64,000 nt of DNA, taken from positions 9,610,001-9,674,000 of the forward strand of contig NC_043016.1 of the NCBI RefSeq assembly GCF_006345805.1. The letters are read 5' to 3'. The notes under the pieces are model-generated. The model ran no database searches. It saw only the letters and a list, made by a program, of their open reading frames with translations, and had not been told where the DNA came from. This stretch comes from Octopus sinensis. Lineage: Eukaryota. Shown piece by piece: positions 24,957 through 37,692 of this stretch (within the stretch, counting starts at the first letter, position 1; each line of letters starts with the position of its first letter). Both the position numbers and the translations under genes were made by a program.

Positions 24957-26830
24957 AATGGCTACACTTAGGGTAGTCGTTCGGTTCGATTTAGAAGCAA
25001 GGTCACACGCTCAACAATCTCCAGTCGCTCGATATAGACGTGATAATCATCAACGAGACGAGAATTTCAGGAGCGCACGCACTGACACCGATTTCGACAA
25101 CTATGAGACATTATCATCTCGTAGTCTTTCGGGAAACCAGCGGCGAGGATAGTAGTGCTCTTCCAGAAATCCTGAGATGTCAAAGTGCAGACAATCTTCT
25201 TGGACAAGGACGGTAAGGTGGTGTTCCTAGAGACGCACGGCAGCGAAGATAGCGCCATTAGACTGGTGGCCGTTTATGCCCTACTGGAACTCGATGACCA
25301 GATTACTTCATAAGTCTAGAAGCATTCCTGAGAATGTATCGCTCTTTAGTACTAGTGGTGGACTGGAATAGTATTTTGGATTCACAGATCGACTATTTGG
25401 GGCTCCTGCGCATAGCAGAAGTGGGCGCAAAAGCCTCGAAAACCTGCTCAAAAACTTCCAGTTTTCTGACAAGATTTTTCTGATGTACTAGTGTGGAAAT
25501 ATAGCAGCCACAGTGAATCATCTAGTACATATCTAGATAAGTTATTTGTTAGGTCAATGAATACCTAGCGTAAGACGTCAATACCTCAAACTGGTCGCCT
25601 ACACAGACCAAAAATTTGTGATCTGCTCGGTTGATTTTGATAAGACCTGTAGACAATGACTCAGTTACTGGGAGCTGAACGCAATCCAATCGGAAAGCAA
25701 AAACTACAGGAACCGGATTAGTGAGCAAGTTAAGCGGTAGTTGATGGTGGCAATCGTCAACAACCGTTCGTGGGTTGCCTAAAGAAGGCGATTAGAGTAG
25801 AATCGATAGTAAAGAGCTAGAAATAAAAAGAAATAGATGAGAGAGAGAGAACTAGTAAGCAATCAAGGGGAGGTAATTAATTAAAGCATCGCGACCGACG
25901 TGTTAGCGGTGATAATGGCCCTCAGCTATTTCTTTGAGGTAAAACATAAACGCCTTAGCTCTGTCAGTGCTAAGGCACGTCCGCTCAAACACAATGTAAC
26001 TAAAACCGTCCGATAGACCCAAACGGTAATAACTCAACATGACAACAAAAGCTACCCACGAAAAGGCGGACAAAGATGCAAATGCGTACATTGCCTCCGT
26101 TATTATTTATCGCATGACTGTTGTTTCTTGTCCCAGCTATCACTTTATCAGTTTAGAACATCTGTTATATATTTCCTGTGCAAGGGACGCGTTCGAATGG
26201 TCTGGCGGTCAGCCTGCTGCCAGCATCCTCTGCGTGGCGGCTTAGGCATGCCGTACTTGCTGATGCACAGACACTCCATTAGGTTACACCAACTGTAACG
26301 ATTTCTAGACTACTAACAGCAGCTCGATAACTTGACGGAGTAGCAGACTTGACTGAAAACCGAAAATGGACACCTGGCACCTAGAGTCGACAGGTTCTAC
26401 CAGCCCTCCACCAGTCAAACAATGTTATTGATGGAGGTTCCACTTGAGTAATATATATAGGATTGGTGGCCAAGAAATGGGACCACGTTCCCGGGGATCT
26501 CTGAGTGTACATGCAAACAGACTGGTTAGTCGCTCCGGGGTACTTTCTGGTCGCAGATTACCAAGTATAATTTCCAGATGTTCATAACCTGGCAGCGCTA
26601 CAGAAGGGTGCTACCGGTTCCAGATATACAGGCACGAGTGTGCTTGTCCGAGCTGCGTGCAAAGCGACGAAATCGTTTTGCCCGCAGTCGTTCAGTGTCT
26701 GGGCACAACTCATTTATGGAATTACACCGGACAGCTACTGTTGCAAGCTGGACAAAGCCGTATATCAACCAAATGTATTGCCCCGTAACTCTCCTATAAC
26801 TGGGTTGGCAAAGTACTTTTTCTTTGTCTG
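24957..26830 (+). pseudogene. Internally deleted L1/Tx1 ORF2 (APE endonuclease to zf-RVT)
   Basis: Broken frames LQSLDIDVIIINETR..GKVVFLET..IRLVAVYA..DWNSILDS; near the end CPSCVQSDEIVLPAVVQC..LWNY, homologous to CCQDDETVLHALVQC..LWVY at 38.3 kb. Confidence 0.7.
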
Positions 26831-26872
26831 GTTTCTATGACAAAAGAAGTTGAAAGATATGAGGACAGAGAA

Positions 26873-27228
26873 TATTATTTACATTTGACGAATATTTGTC
26901 CTCATCTTTGTTGTTAACACAACGTTTTGGCTGATATACTCTCCAGCCTTCATCAAGTGTTTTGAAGAAATTTTGAACCTGGGTTCTCGTTCCTAAGCTA
27001 TTATCGATGTTGTTGTTGTTGTTATTATTATTATTATTATTATTATTCAGGTCACTGCTGGAATCGAACTCGGAATCTTGGGGTTAGTAGCCCGCGCTCT
27101 AAACCACTACACCATATGCCCGTGAATATATAAACCGAAACTTTGTGTTAACAACAAACAAGATGAGGACAAATATCCCTCATATGTAAATAATGTACAT
27201 AATTCCTCATCTCTTAAATATGGAACTA
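26873..27228 (-). mobile_element. Non-autonomous Penelope-type pLTR unit (tRNA-like head + hammerhead remnant + inverted partial copy)
   Basis: Homologous to the 3' end of the GIY-YIG element at 31.9-32.1 kb; 12-bp TSD gaggacagagaa (26861-26872, 27229-27240). Confidence 0.75.
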
Positions 27229-29344
27229 GAGGACAGAGAAGTTCCTTTTCGGTAGAGCCTTCATCGACATTTTCAAATTTAACTTGAAAAGGAAAGTGAG
27301 AGTGGAAAGAAAAGGGCTGTAAATTTTTGAAAGGTGGGTAAAAGTTAAAATTGCAAAAATGGTAAGTTCTTAGTACGGTAGACCTGTTAATCTATAGAGA
27401 ACACTTCCACTTGGTTTTCAGGGAGATCTTGAACGGTGGAGGTCCATGATTATCTTGATGCAGAAGGACCACATCGCTTCCCTTTTCTTTTCTTTTCACC
27501 TTTTTTGTTCTGACATATATTATGTATACTTCCTTTACTTTGCTTTTATTATATATCGTGTACACTTTATATAGTTTTTTCTGTTTCTTCTTTCTAATCA
27601 TTTCATTCTATGTAGACCGCCACACCTTATGTCTGCCTTTGTCTTCGTGGTAAATAAAAAAAAAAATTATCATTATCATCATCATCATCATGACCATGAT
27701 AAGGCGGCGAGCTGGCAGAAACGTTAGCACACCGGGTGAAATGCGTAGCCGTATTTTGTCTGCCGTTACGTTCTGAGTTCAAATTCCGCCGAGGTCGACT
27801 TTACCTTTCATCCTTTCGGGGTCGATAAATTAAGTACCAGTTACGCACTGGGGTCGATGTAATCGACTTAATCCCTTTGTCTGTCCTTGTTTGTCCTCTC
27901 TGCTTTTAGCCCCTTGTGGGTAGTAAAGAAATAGAAATAGATTCTTGTTGTTGTATAATATCCACTTTGTCACGAAGCCAAAAAGCGAACCTCTGATCTA
28001 ACGACATTGAAACATGGGATCTTCTTAAGATTCGCACCACAAGCGGAGTCACTTTAATTGAACTAATCATGCACAATTAACGTCCTTGCCTGTTTGTAAA
28101 TTATCACCTTTCTCTTAAACATGTAACTTTATTTACAAGAACTTTTTTCTTTTCGTTTTTGTATTTGGTTTACAAGATTCTTGATTTGAACCAATGTGTT
28201 GAAACATATTTCGCTGCATCTTGGGAGGGTCATTGCGCCAATAATAAACACATGCACTGGTTCTATTTCACTTCTTTATTATTCATCAATTGGTTACCCA
28301 TTTAACCAACTGATTAGTCGGTTGTTTACCAGATCAGTCAGTTTATCAATCAATCAAGTAATCGATTGTGTTTGCCAAAACCCTTCCGTTACCATTTGCG
28401 ATCTCAACGACGAAAGGATTTGATTGGCTGAATGATTACTCAAATAGTCAATTAATTAGCGGAAGTGAAGCAGACCTTGTGTGTGTGCTTATTGTTGGCA
28501 TAATGACCCTCCTAGGGTACAACAAAGCTCTGTGGTCAGTACAAAGGACATGAAGACGGACGAAATGCCGCTAAGCATGTTACCCGGCGTGCTAACGATT
28601 CTTATTTCTTTATTGCTCACGTCGAGCTAAACATAGAGGGGACATACAAGGACAGACAAGGGGATTAAATTGATCACATCGATCCCAGTGCGTAACTGGT
28701 ACTTAATTTATCGACCCCGAAAGGATGAAAGGCAAAGTTGACCTCGGCGGAATTTGAACTCACAACATAACAGCAGACGAAATACCTATTTCTTTACTAC
28801 CCACAAGGGGCTAAACAAGGACAGACAAACGGATTAAGTCGATTACATCGACCCCAGTGCGTAACTGGTACTTAATTAATCGACCTCGAAAGGATGAAAG
28901 GCAAATCGACCTCGGCGGAATTTGAACTCAGAACGTAACGGCAAACGAAATACCGCTTAACATTTCGCCCGGTGTGTTAACGCTTCTGACTGCTCGCCGC
29001 CTTTGTTTGGTTTGTCATATTGAAAGACATTTCAACTGTGATCATCTTGCCTTTCTATATACCTAGAGTTCTATAGTTCAATGTGACATTCCGCTCTCTA
29101 AAATAGATTTTATGAGAGACTGCTGTTTCTGGCAAGTCGAGTAATCACATAGATAATTCATCGATAAAATGTGGAGAATGAATAATGAGTAAGGAAGAGA
29201 ATCATGTCAAAACTGGTGCGTTTGAACGAAGCTAACTCGCAGGCTGCTATTTTAGAGGAGGAGAAACTATTGTTAAGCAATTTTAGAAGCTGAGGGAATT
29301 AAATGTTCGTTTGTGAGCCAAAGTCTATTAACAGAATAAGTTGA

Positions 29345-29638
29345 TTATTTACATCAACCACCTCACCAACAACACCGAACACCTTTTTGATCTCCATGTG
29401 TCTAACACACGTAGACATGCCTACAAAGTCAGAAAACAACACAGCTCCCATGACTTTCGGAAACATTTTTCCACGCTCAGAGTTGCTGAAGCGTGGAACA
29501 AACTGCCTGCGTCAGTTGTTGACTGCCATGACACTGCAACCTTTAAGGCCCTCATGCTTTCCGAAATCCGCCGAAACTACACCTGATTATACATACACTT
29601 TAGATGAGTTGTAGTGCACCTGAGCACTGTACACAATG

Positions 29639-29672
<34 letters not shown>
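29345..29672 (+). mobile_element. CR1-clade LINE 3' fragment
   Basis: INHLTNNTEHLF..RHAYKVRKQHSSHDFRKHFSTLRVAEAWNKLP; (TTA)n tail; same family as 1283-1812. Confidence 0.85.
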
Positions 29673-29673
<1 letters not shown>

Positions 29674-30559
29674 TATTTGACGGATATTTGTCCTCATCTT
29701 GTTTGTTGCTTGTGTTAACAACAAACAAGATGAGGACAAATATCTGTCAAATGTAAATAACGTACATCATTCCTCATCTCTTAAGTATAGAACAGAATAA
29801 GTTAAAGAGTGATGTGTCAAATACCACACGCAAAAGAATTTCTATATAATTGAAATTTCTGCAGAATTATAAGAACAAGGGAGATAATTTCAAACAATTA
29901 TGTCCCCTGCTGTCCTTGAATTTTAAAATTTAATTTATTCATTTGTTTTTATAGGATAGAAACTTTATATTTTGTTGCAATCGAAATAGAACTATGAACA
30001 GGTTTCAGTTAGGGATATTTCATCCATTAAGATGGATATGTTAATTAATTAGAATTTTTATTTCTATTAATTACTAAATTAATGTCATTAGTCCTTTACA
30101 GTTACTTCCCCTACATTATTTTATCTTTTATTTTTAATCTTGCGATACCAGCACGACTATATATTTTTTAAAAAGAAAGGTCACTACGCAAACATATAGT
30201 TCATAAGAAAATATATATCGTTTGTGATTCAGTCCTATTAAGCAGTATCTTGGACAAGTGACTTCAGCTAGAGCCACGGTTCAACACGATTACTCCCCCT
30301 TTTCTTCACAACGACTGGATTTTGTTTTTGTCAACTGAGAGCGAAATTTCAGTTCGCGTTTATCTCCTTCCAGTCATGAGTCTAAGGGACATGCTCGTAC
30401 ATCGTTTTGAAAGATTTAATTGAACAAATCAACTCCAATACTTATTTTTAGGTCAAACATCATTTGCCAAACCGCTAATTTAGGAAAACGTAAACAGACC
30501 ATCAGCGGTTGTCAAGACAAATAGTAGAAGACAAAGAGAAACGCGCAAACACACACGTT

Positions 30560-31017
30560 GGATCTTTTCCTTTTGAACGGCACATGTCAACACAATTTCT
30601 AGTTAACTAAACACTTTAAAACTTCGTATACTTGTAGAATGTGTCAAAATAAAACATTTTTTCTCTTGGCTTTCTTGATAAAATTGTAATTTGTTTGTTT
30701 AACGTAGTTTAATTTTTCGAATTTTAACCAATAAATCGCCTCTAGTGAGCTAAAATCATTTGCTGCGTCTAAAACTGAGACAGCATCCTGTCACTAACCC
30801 TAACCCTCATCCTCACCCAAGATGTTGTCTCAGTTTTAGACGCAGCAAATGATTTTAGCTCACTAGAGGCGATTCATTGGTTAAAATTCGAAAAATTAAA
30901 CTACGTTAAACAAATTACAATTTTATCAAGAAAGCCAAGAGAAAAAATGTTTCTACCAGTATACGAAGTTTTAAAGTGTTTAGTGTTGACATGTGCCGTT
31001 CAAAAGGAAAAGATTCC
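30560..31017. mobile_element. Merlin-like foldback MITE
   Basis: Ends ggatcttttccttttgaacggcac / gtgccgttcaaaaggaaaagattcc; about 200-bp inverted arms around a taaccc-containing spacer. Confidence 0.75.
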
Positions 31018-31437
31018 ACAGGTGCAAAAACGAACGCGCGCGCACGCACACACACACATACATACACACACACACGCACGTTATATAAAGGCGTCGATTT
31101 GGTAGAATCGTTAGTGTGTCAAACAAAATAGTCGGCTGTTTTTCTCTTGGCTTTACATTCTGAGTTCAGTTTCCACTGAGTTTACCTTTGCCTTTCATCT
31201 TTTAACGGTAGATAATATAAGTACCAGGTGAATACTGTGGTCGATGTAATCAGCTCACTTTATTCCCCTAAATTTACTGGCCTTGTGCCAAAATTTTAAA
31301 CCATTATGACGCAGCTAACCGGGAGAATTGCTTTGCACATGGGACAAAATACTTAGAGGTTTTTTTTTATCCAACTTCATGTTCTGAGTTCAAATCCCAC
31401 AGGGTTTGGCTTTGTTCTTCACTCTTTCATGAGACCC

Positions 31438-32125
31438 ATATGACATCAGGATAGTATTAAAATGTGATACGACACTTCGCAAATATCTCCTTCGAGTAAA
31501 ACCACCAATAGAAGAGAATATGGCCAAGAACTGCCAGTGCTCCATCCCATGCAGTTGTGGTAAGTTATACAAAGGCGAAACATGCCGCCCCCTCAAAATA
31601 AGGGTAGACGAACATCGCAAAGCTGTGACACGGGGAGATATTGATAAATCGGGTATAGCTGATCATGTATGGAAAAATGGAAACCACCTCCCCCTGTGGG
31701 ATGAAGTTAAAATAATAGACAGAGAACAGCACTGGAAAATACGAAAACTAAAAGAAGCAACATTTATGCTAGGACACAGCAACCTTCTAAGCAGATATGC
31801 AGATATGAACAGCTTATGGGAACTGGTATTAAAGAAGGATAGGATAATATTAAGCTCTAAAATTCACTCTATAATTGCCCACGGGCATATGGCATAGTGG
31901 TTAAGAACACGGGCTACTAACCCCAAGATTCCGAGTTCGATTCCAGGCAGTGACCTTAATAATAATAATAATAATAATAACATCAAAAAGTATCTTAGGA
32001 ATGAGAACCCAGGTTCAAAATTTCCCCAAGACACCTGATGAAGGCTGGAGGGTATATCAGCCGAAACATTGTGTTAACAACAAGAAAAATGAAGACAAAT
32101 ATCCGTCAAATATAAATAATGTAGT
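31438..32125 (+). mobile_element. Penelope-like element 3' part: GIY-YIG endonuclease remnant + pLTR
   Basis: KNCQCSIPCSCGKLYKGETCRPLKIRVDEHRK..KSGIADH..H...W..VKII..E..W..RKLKEA is a PLE GIY-YIG domain with a mutated motif; followed by a tRNA-like module, (AAT)n and a hammerhead motif. Confidence 0.85.
32030..32075 (+). ncRNA. Minimal type I hammerhead ribozyme motif (family A), G16.2-to-A variant
   Basis: gacac-CTGATGA-aGGCTG(gagggtatat)CAGCC-GAAA-CATT-gtgtt; other copies read GAAACGTT (palindromic helix III). Confidence 0.65.
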
Positions 32126-32169
32126 TCAAAATGCGGAATTAAGTCGGCTGATCGTGAAAATCAAATATT

Positions 32170-33000
32170 GATCACTTCACTAAAAACTGCAGGTGGTATG
32201 GGTTATTTCCCTTGGGTTGTTTATATACAATATTAGTGATATGTAGTAGATAGAAGGATCTATTGGAGGGGCCCTGTTATCGATTTTTTTCCAACAATCT
32301 AAGTATATCGCGAGGTTTCCAGACATGTGTTCTACTCAGGTGTCAAATAAAGTATAAAAGGGATATTGTCTGCAAAAATTAGAAACTAGACACACAAAAA
32401 AATCAATGTTTCATGAAAATGGTGTATGAACTGTAAATATGATTTGTAAAATAAGTATAAGTGATACAGGGTGTCCCAACTGTACGTGGTGTGGAAGTTT
32501 GGTTTCAGTTTTTAAGAATTTTAAGCATTCAAAGAATGGAATCAAAAATTTATATACTGTCATCGAAAAATTTTAACTGGAGAAATGCAAAATTATTAGA
32601 GTTATGGACATTGAAAGCGAGTATGCATCAAGAAAGAGCATTAATAAGGTTTAGCAGTTCAAAACTGTGAGTCGTGAAATGCAGAATTAGGTCCGCTGAT
32701 CGTGAGATTCAAATATTGATTGCTTCACTAAATGCTAACAACTGTAAGCGCAGGTGGTATGGGTTATTCCCCTTCAGTGTTTAAAAAAATGTTGTGCAGA
32801 TGCTATGGGCTACTTCCCTTGGATTTGTTTTAAAAATTAGTTATATGAGGTAGATATAAAGATCCCTTGCAGGGGCTGTATTATTGATTTTTTTCAACAA
32901 TCTGTGTACATCACAAGGTTTCCATACAAGTTCTACCCATGTGTCAAGTTTCATTAAAATCAATAAAACAATGTAGGAGGAGTTAGCTAACAACGCCACA
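32170..33000 (+). mobile_element. Helentron/HINE-like degraded elements
   Basis: Repeated gcaggtggtatgggttatt-ccc units and the caagtttcattaaaatc..gtaggaggagttag motif. Confidence 0.35.
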
Positions 33001-33209
33001 AACATACACACATACATATATACGTTTATCAATTTGTGCTGCAAGATTCTTGATGTGAAATTGTGTATTGAAACAGATATTGTTTTATTTGGGATGCTCA
33101 GTTTTTTTTTTTTGTCAGATAAATTCACGTACAATATATTTTTGAAGAACAAATATATAGTGAGTGAGTTTATTTGACAAGAAATAAACGTCCCAAAGTA
33201 CAACGTACA

Positions 33210-33254
<45 letters not shown>

Positions 33255-33264
33255 TATATATATA

Positions 33265-33424
33265 CCTTATTTACATTATTTACATTTGAGGGATTGACGG
33301 ATATTTTTCCTCATCTAGTTGTTGTTGACACTAACGTTTCGGCTGATATACCTCCCCACCAACCTTCATCAGGTGTCTTGGAGAAATTTCGAACCCATGT
33401 TCTCATCCCTCAAGTATTTCTCGA

Positions 33425-33485
<61 letters not shown>

Positions 33486-33630
33486 GTTGTTGTTGTTGTT
33501 ATTGTTATTCAGCTCACTGCCTGGAATCGAACTCGGAATCTTGGGTTAGTAGTCCACGCTGTTAACCTCTACGCCATATGCCCGTGGGCATAGTGGTTAA
33601 GAGCGCGGGCTACTAACATCAAGATTCCGC
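33265..33630 (-). mobile_element. Penelope-type pLTR unit with head-to-head duplicated tRNA-like module
   Basis: Same family as 26873-27228; minus tRNA-like copy 33512-33584 abuts a plus partial copy 33585-33630. Confidence 0.75.
33327..33377 (-). ncRNA. Hammerhead ribozyme motif (family A), intact core
   Basis: Minus strand gacac-CTGATGA-aggttgg..cagcc-GAAA-CGTT-a-gtgtc; one extra nt before the stem I 3' strand. Confidence 0.65.
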
Positions 33631-34060
33631 GTTACCACAGATTTGCTTGTTGTTTGACCTTAACCAGTTGAGCATGTCCCTTAGTGGCTGACGATATGTG
33701 CATCTCTGATCACGAGCAGAAGTAGTGGGGGAGCATCATAGCCATGTGTGGAGAGGGATTCTTTGGGGTTTGAATAATTCACCTCTGGAAACATGGGTGG
33801 TTCTTTCAACATCCTTAAACAACCCTTATTCAGGGACCTTTGAGCGGGATGGGCTACTCAACCTGAAGAAAATTCTAACTGGGCCCCACCTACAAGGTCA
33901 TGTGCTGTTTATCTTGATATGAGATCACCATGTCGCGCACATATGGTTGTGATGCATGTGCCTGGTGTACCCTTATCAGACGGGTAGTCATGATGTGTAT
34001 ATTGGGCTTCGTATATTTTACCCCAGTGTCACTTTGATGGCATGCACTGCTCTCTCACTC
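33631..34060. repeat. Unclassified approx. 430-bp probable interspersed repeat
   Basis: GC-richer block with sharp ends between the PLE unit and the (AAT)n tract; single copy in the window, no credible ORF. Confidence 0.35.
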
Positions 34061-34111
<51 letters not shown>

Positions 34112-34113
<2 letters not shown>

Positions 34114-37100
34114 TAATAAACCCTACGAAAATGACGACCGTCAAAATAATGGGCCGGACGTTGTACCTCATGTCCCGCAAATAAAACCCAAAAGACGTAA
34201 ATGGACACGTGAGAAATACATTTCTATCTTACACGCATACTTCACAGCAGTACTCTACCCAAAAAATGAAAATACAACAACACACATATAAAATATGGAA
34301 GGAAAATAATAGAGATATAGACTTGGATACAGCAATGAACCCTAATAAATTAGCTAACGTACGAAGATACATTCTCAACACGAAAAAAATATCAGAAATA
34401 GAAATAGAACACCTAAAAGAAAACATACACCAGGAAAATGTAGATAGAAGCCACACAACAATGCCCAATAATATAAACACTGAAACTGTAAAACACGAAG
34501 ACAAACGCAACATTCCCAACAAACACGATGTAAACAACGAAGGGGAGCCTAATGATTATGATAATATAAAAAATAAAATAATCAAAGAACTGAAAACCAC
34601 AGAGCTCAAAATGGACCACCGACCATACCTCCCAAGAATCAAAATAAACAAAATAACAACACCTATTATAAACAGCATAAACCTAGCCGTCACTGAACTG
34701 ATAGCCACTGAATAAAAAAAAAAGTGATATCACTGAGCTAAATAACCTAATATACGCAGCAGCCACTGCAACCACAAAAGAAGCTGGATACTCACCCAAA
34801 CCCGCCCAAACAGGAGTACCACCACCCAAACAAACCTTGTGGATAAATAACATCCAAAGCAAAATAAAAAAAATTAGAAAAGACCTGTCGATTCTTAATG
34901 AAATCAGCAAACAATCAACGCTACTGAGCAACAAAAAGAGAACAAAAATACTCCGCAAATATAACATGACAGAGAAAGATTTGCCTGAAATAAAAGAAAA
35001 GCTGAAGCAAGATATCCTTGCCAAAGCACAAAGGATCCGCCGGTACAAGAAACGCCAACGCTTCTTTGAAGAAAACAAAAAGTTCAACTCTAACCCCAAA
35101 AAGTTCTACCAAGAACTGGGAAAAAATAAAATAGAAGTCACTGCAGCACCAACGGCAGAAGAATTGGAAGAATTCTGGGGAGAAATATGGTCGGCGAACG
35201 AACCACCAAAAAAAAGGAGTATCAGAATAACAAACTCGGCATCTGAACAACTTTGGACCCCCATAACAACTGAAGAGGTCACCAGGCACTGCAAAGACTA
35301 AGCAACTGGAAGGCACCTGGGCATGACAAGATCCCCAACTTCTGGTTGAAATATCTAACAGGAATGCACAAAAAGCTGGCTGAAAACTTTAACAAAGTAC
35401 TAGCAGAGCCAGAGACAATGCCTGAATGGCTCATGAAGGGGAAAACCATCTTAATTCCCAAATCAAATGAAACAGAAAAACCAGAAAACTACAGACCAAT
35501 AACCTGCCTCCCTACTATGTTCAAGGCATTTACTGCAGTGATATCACAAAGGCTGAACAAGCACCTGGACGAAAACAAACTGTTCCCAGAAGAACAGAAA
35601 GGATGCCGCAAAGGCTCATATGGCTGTAAATATCAACTAATGATTAATAAAGCCGTAACTGAAGACAGCCACAGAAAGAAGAAAGGCCTCAGTATGGCCT
35701 GGATTGACTACAAAAAGGCGTTTGATAGCATCCCCCACACATGGATCCTCGAAACACTAGCCATTAACAAAGTAGCACCAACAATCATAAAATTCATAGA
35801 GCACTCTATGAATAAATGGCAAACAGTCTTACATCTCCAAACAAAAGAGGGACTCATGAAAACCAAAGACATCCCATTAGAAGAGGAATATTCCAGGGAG
35901 ACACGCTCTCTCTCCACTCCTTTTCTGCTTGGCACTGTCACCTCTATCTGATATGCTAAATAGAACTGGATGCGGATATAAATGTTACGGCAAAACGATC
36001 AGCCACCTTTTATATATGGATGACCTAAAACTATACGCTGCAAATGACAAACAGCTGGAAACACTATTAAAGACAGTTCATGGATTTACCAAAGAAATAG
36101 ATATGAAATTTGGATTAGAAAAATGCGCCAAAGTAACCCTGAAAAGAGGAAAACTAGTTAAGAGTAACAACATCACACTAGATAAAACCAATGAAATAAA
36201 AGAATTAGACCAAAGCCAAACTTACAAATACTTAGGAATCCATGAACTAGATACGATACAACACACACAAATGAAAGAGAAAATAAAAAAAGAATATTAT
36301 AGACGAGTTAGATCAATACTAAACACAGAGCTCAATGCTAAACAAGATAATAGGTATCAACACTTTAGCTGTCCCAGTTATAAGTTACAGCTACAATATC
36401 CTTAACTGGACACGAAATGAACTGACCAAAATAGATAGGAAAACAAGAAAAATAATGACAGGATCTAGGATGCATCACCAAAATCTGACATAGAAAGACT
36501 ATATATACAACGTATAGAAGGTGGTAGAGGCCTTATACAGCTGGAAAACTACTATAAAATAACCACCATAGAACTGCAAAAATATCTACTTCAGAAGGAA
36601 GGATAACTGATCCAGATAGCGGCAAAACACGAGCAAAACAAAAAACTGTTCTCAGTATTAAGGAAGTTGACAAATACAAAAAAGAAATCATACCACCTAA
36701 TGAACATGAAGAAGAAGAAGAAGATGAAGAAACAACAAAAGCTATAAAACAAATGAAATCCAAACTAAAAATAGAACAGCAACGAACCATGATAAAACGA
36801 TGGCAAGAAAAGCCCCTTCATGGTAAATACTGGACTAAACTAAACGCAAAAGAAATAGACAAAGAAAAATCCCAGCAATGTTTGAGAAGCTCAGGACTCA
36901 AAGCAGAAACAGAGGGATTTTTAATTGCAGCACAAGACCAAAGCCTCCCCACCAGAAATTACCAAAAACATGTAATGAAAAGAAATATTACAAGTAACTG
37001 CAGAATATGTGGAGATGGACAAGAAACAATAAATCATATTATCTCTAGCTGCCCAGTCTTGGCTAAGAAGGAATATATTCACAGACATGACAGAGTTGGA

Positions 37101-37666
37101 ACCTACATACATTGGAAGCTATGCCAACATTATGGAATAACAACAGAAAAAAGATGGTATAGGCACACACCAGAAAAGGTCACAGAAAACGAGAAAGCAA
37201 CCATACTCTGGGATATGCCGAAACACACAGATAGAGAAATTAAGGCCAACAGACCAGATATAGTTGTCAGAGATCATGAAGAAAAAGAAATGCTTTCTAA
37301 TTGATGTATCAATACCGGCTGATGACAACGTTTCTCTAAAAGAAATGGAGAAACTCTCAAAATACAAAGACCTGGAAATAGAGGTAACTAGAATGTGGAA
37401 TCTGAAAACAGAAACAATTCCTATCATAGTAGGTGCATTAGGCATGATAAAAAAATATTCAGACAAATACATAACAAAAACACCAGGACTTACAAACACA
37501 TATAACATACAGAAAATTGCACTACTAAGCACTGCACACATCCTACGCAGAACACTTTCCATACAATAACCATCAGAGCATCACAACAAATCACAGCACA
37601 TACCCAAGGCACACAGAGCTGTGCTCGGTAGTGAAGTGAAAGCACGCTATAAAAATAAAACTACCG
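34112..37666 (+). mobile_element. R4/Dong-type non-LTR retrotransposon (RT + CCHC + restriction-like endonuclease), frameshifted
   Basis: RRKWTRE N-terminal motif; YRPITCLPTMFK, FPEEQKGC, AWIDYKKAFDSIPH, HLLYMDDLKLYA, YKYLGI; CRICGDGQETINHIISSC..RHD; NRPDIVV..IDVSIP..EKLSKYKDL. Flanked by (AAT)n at 34061-34111 and 37667-37692. Many frameshifts and stops. Confidence 0.9.
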
Positions 37667-37692
37667 AATAATGATAATAATAATAATAATAA

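Noticed and set aside
31883-31955. Functional tRNA gene
   Set aside because: A and B boxes are present but no proper acceptor stem; copies are diverged and tied to a PLE repeat.
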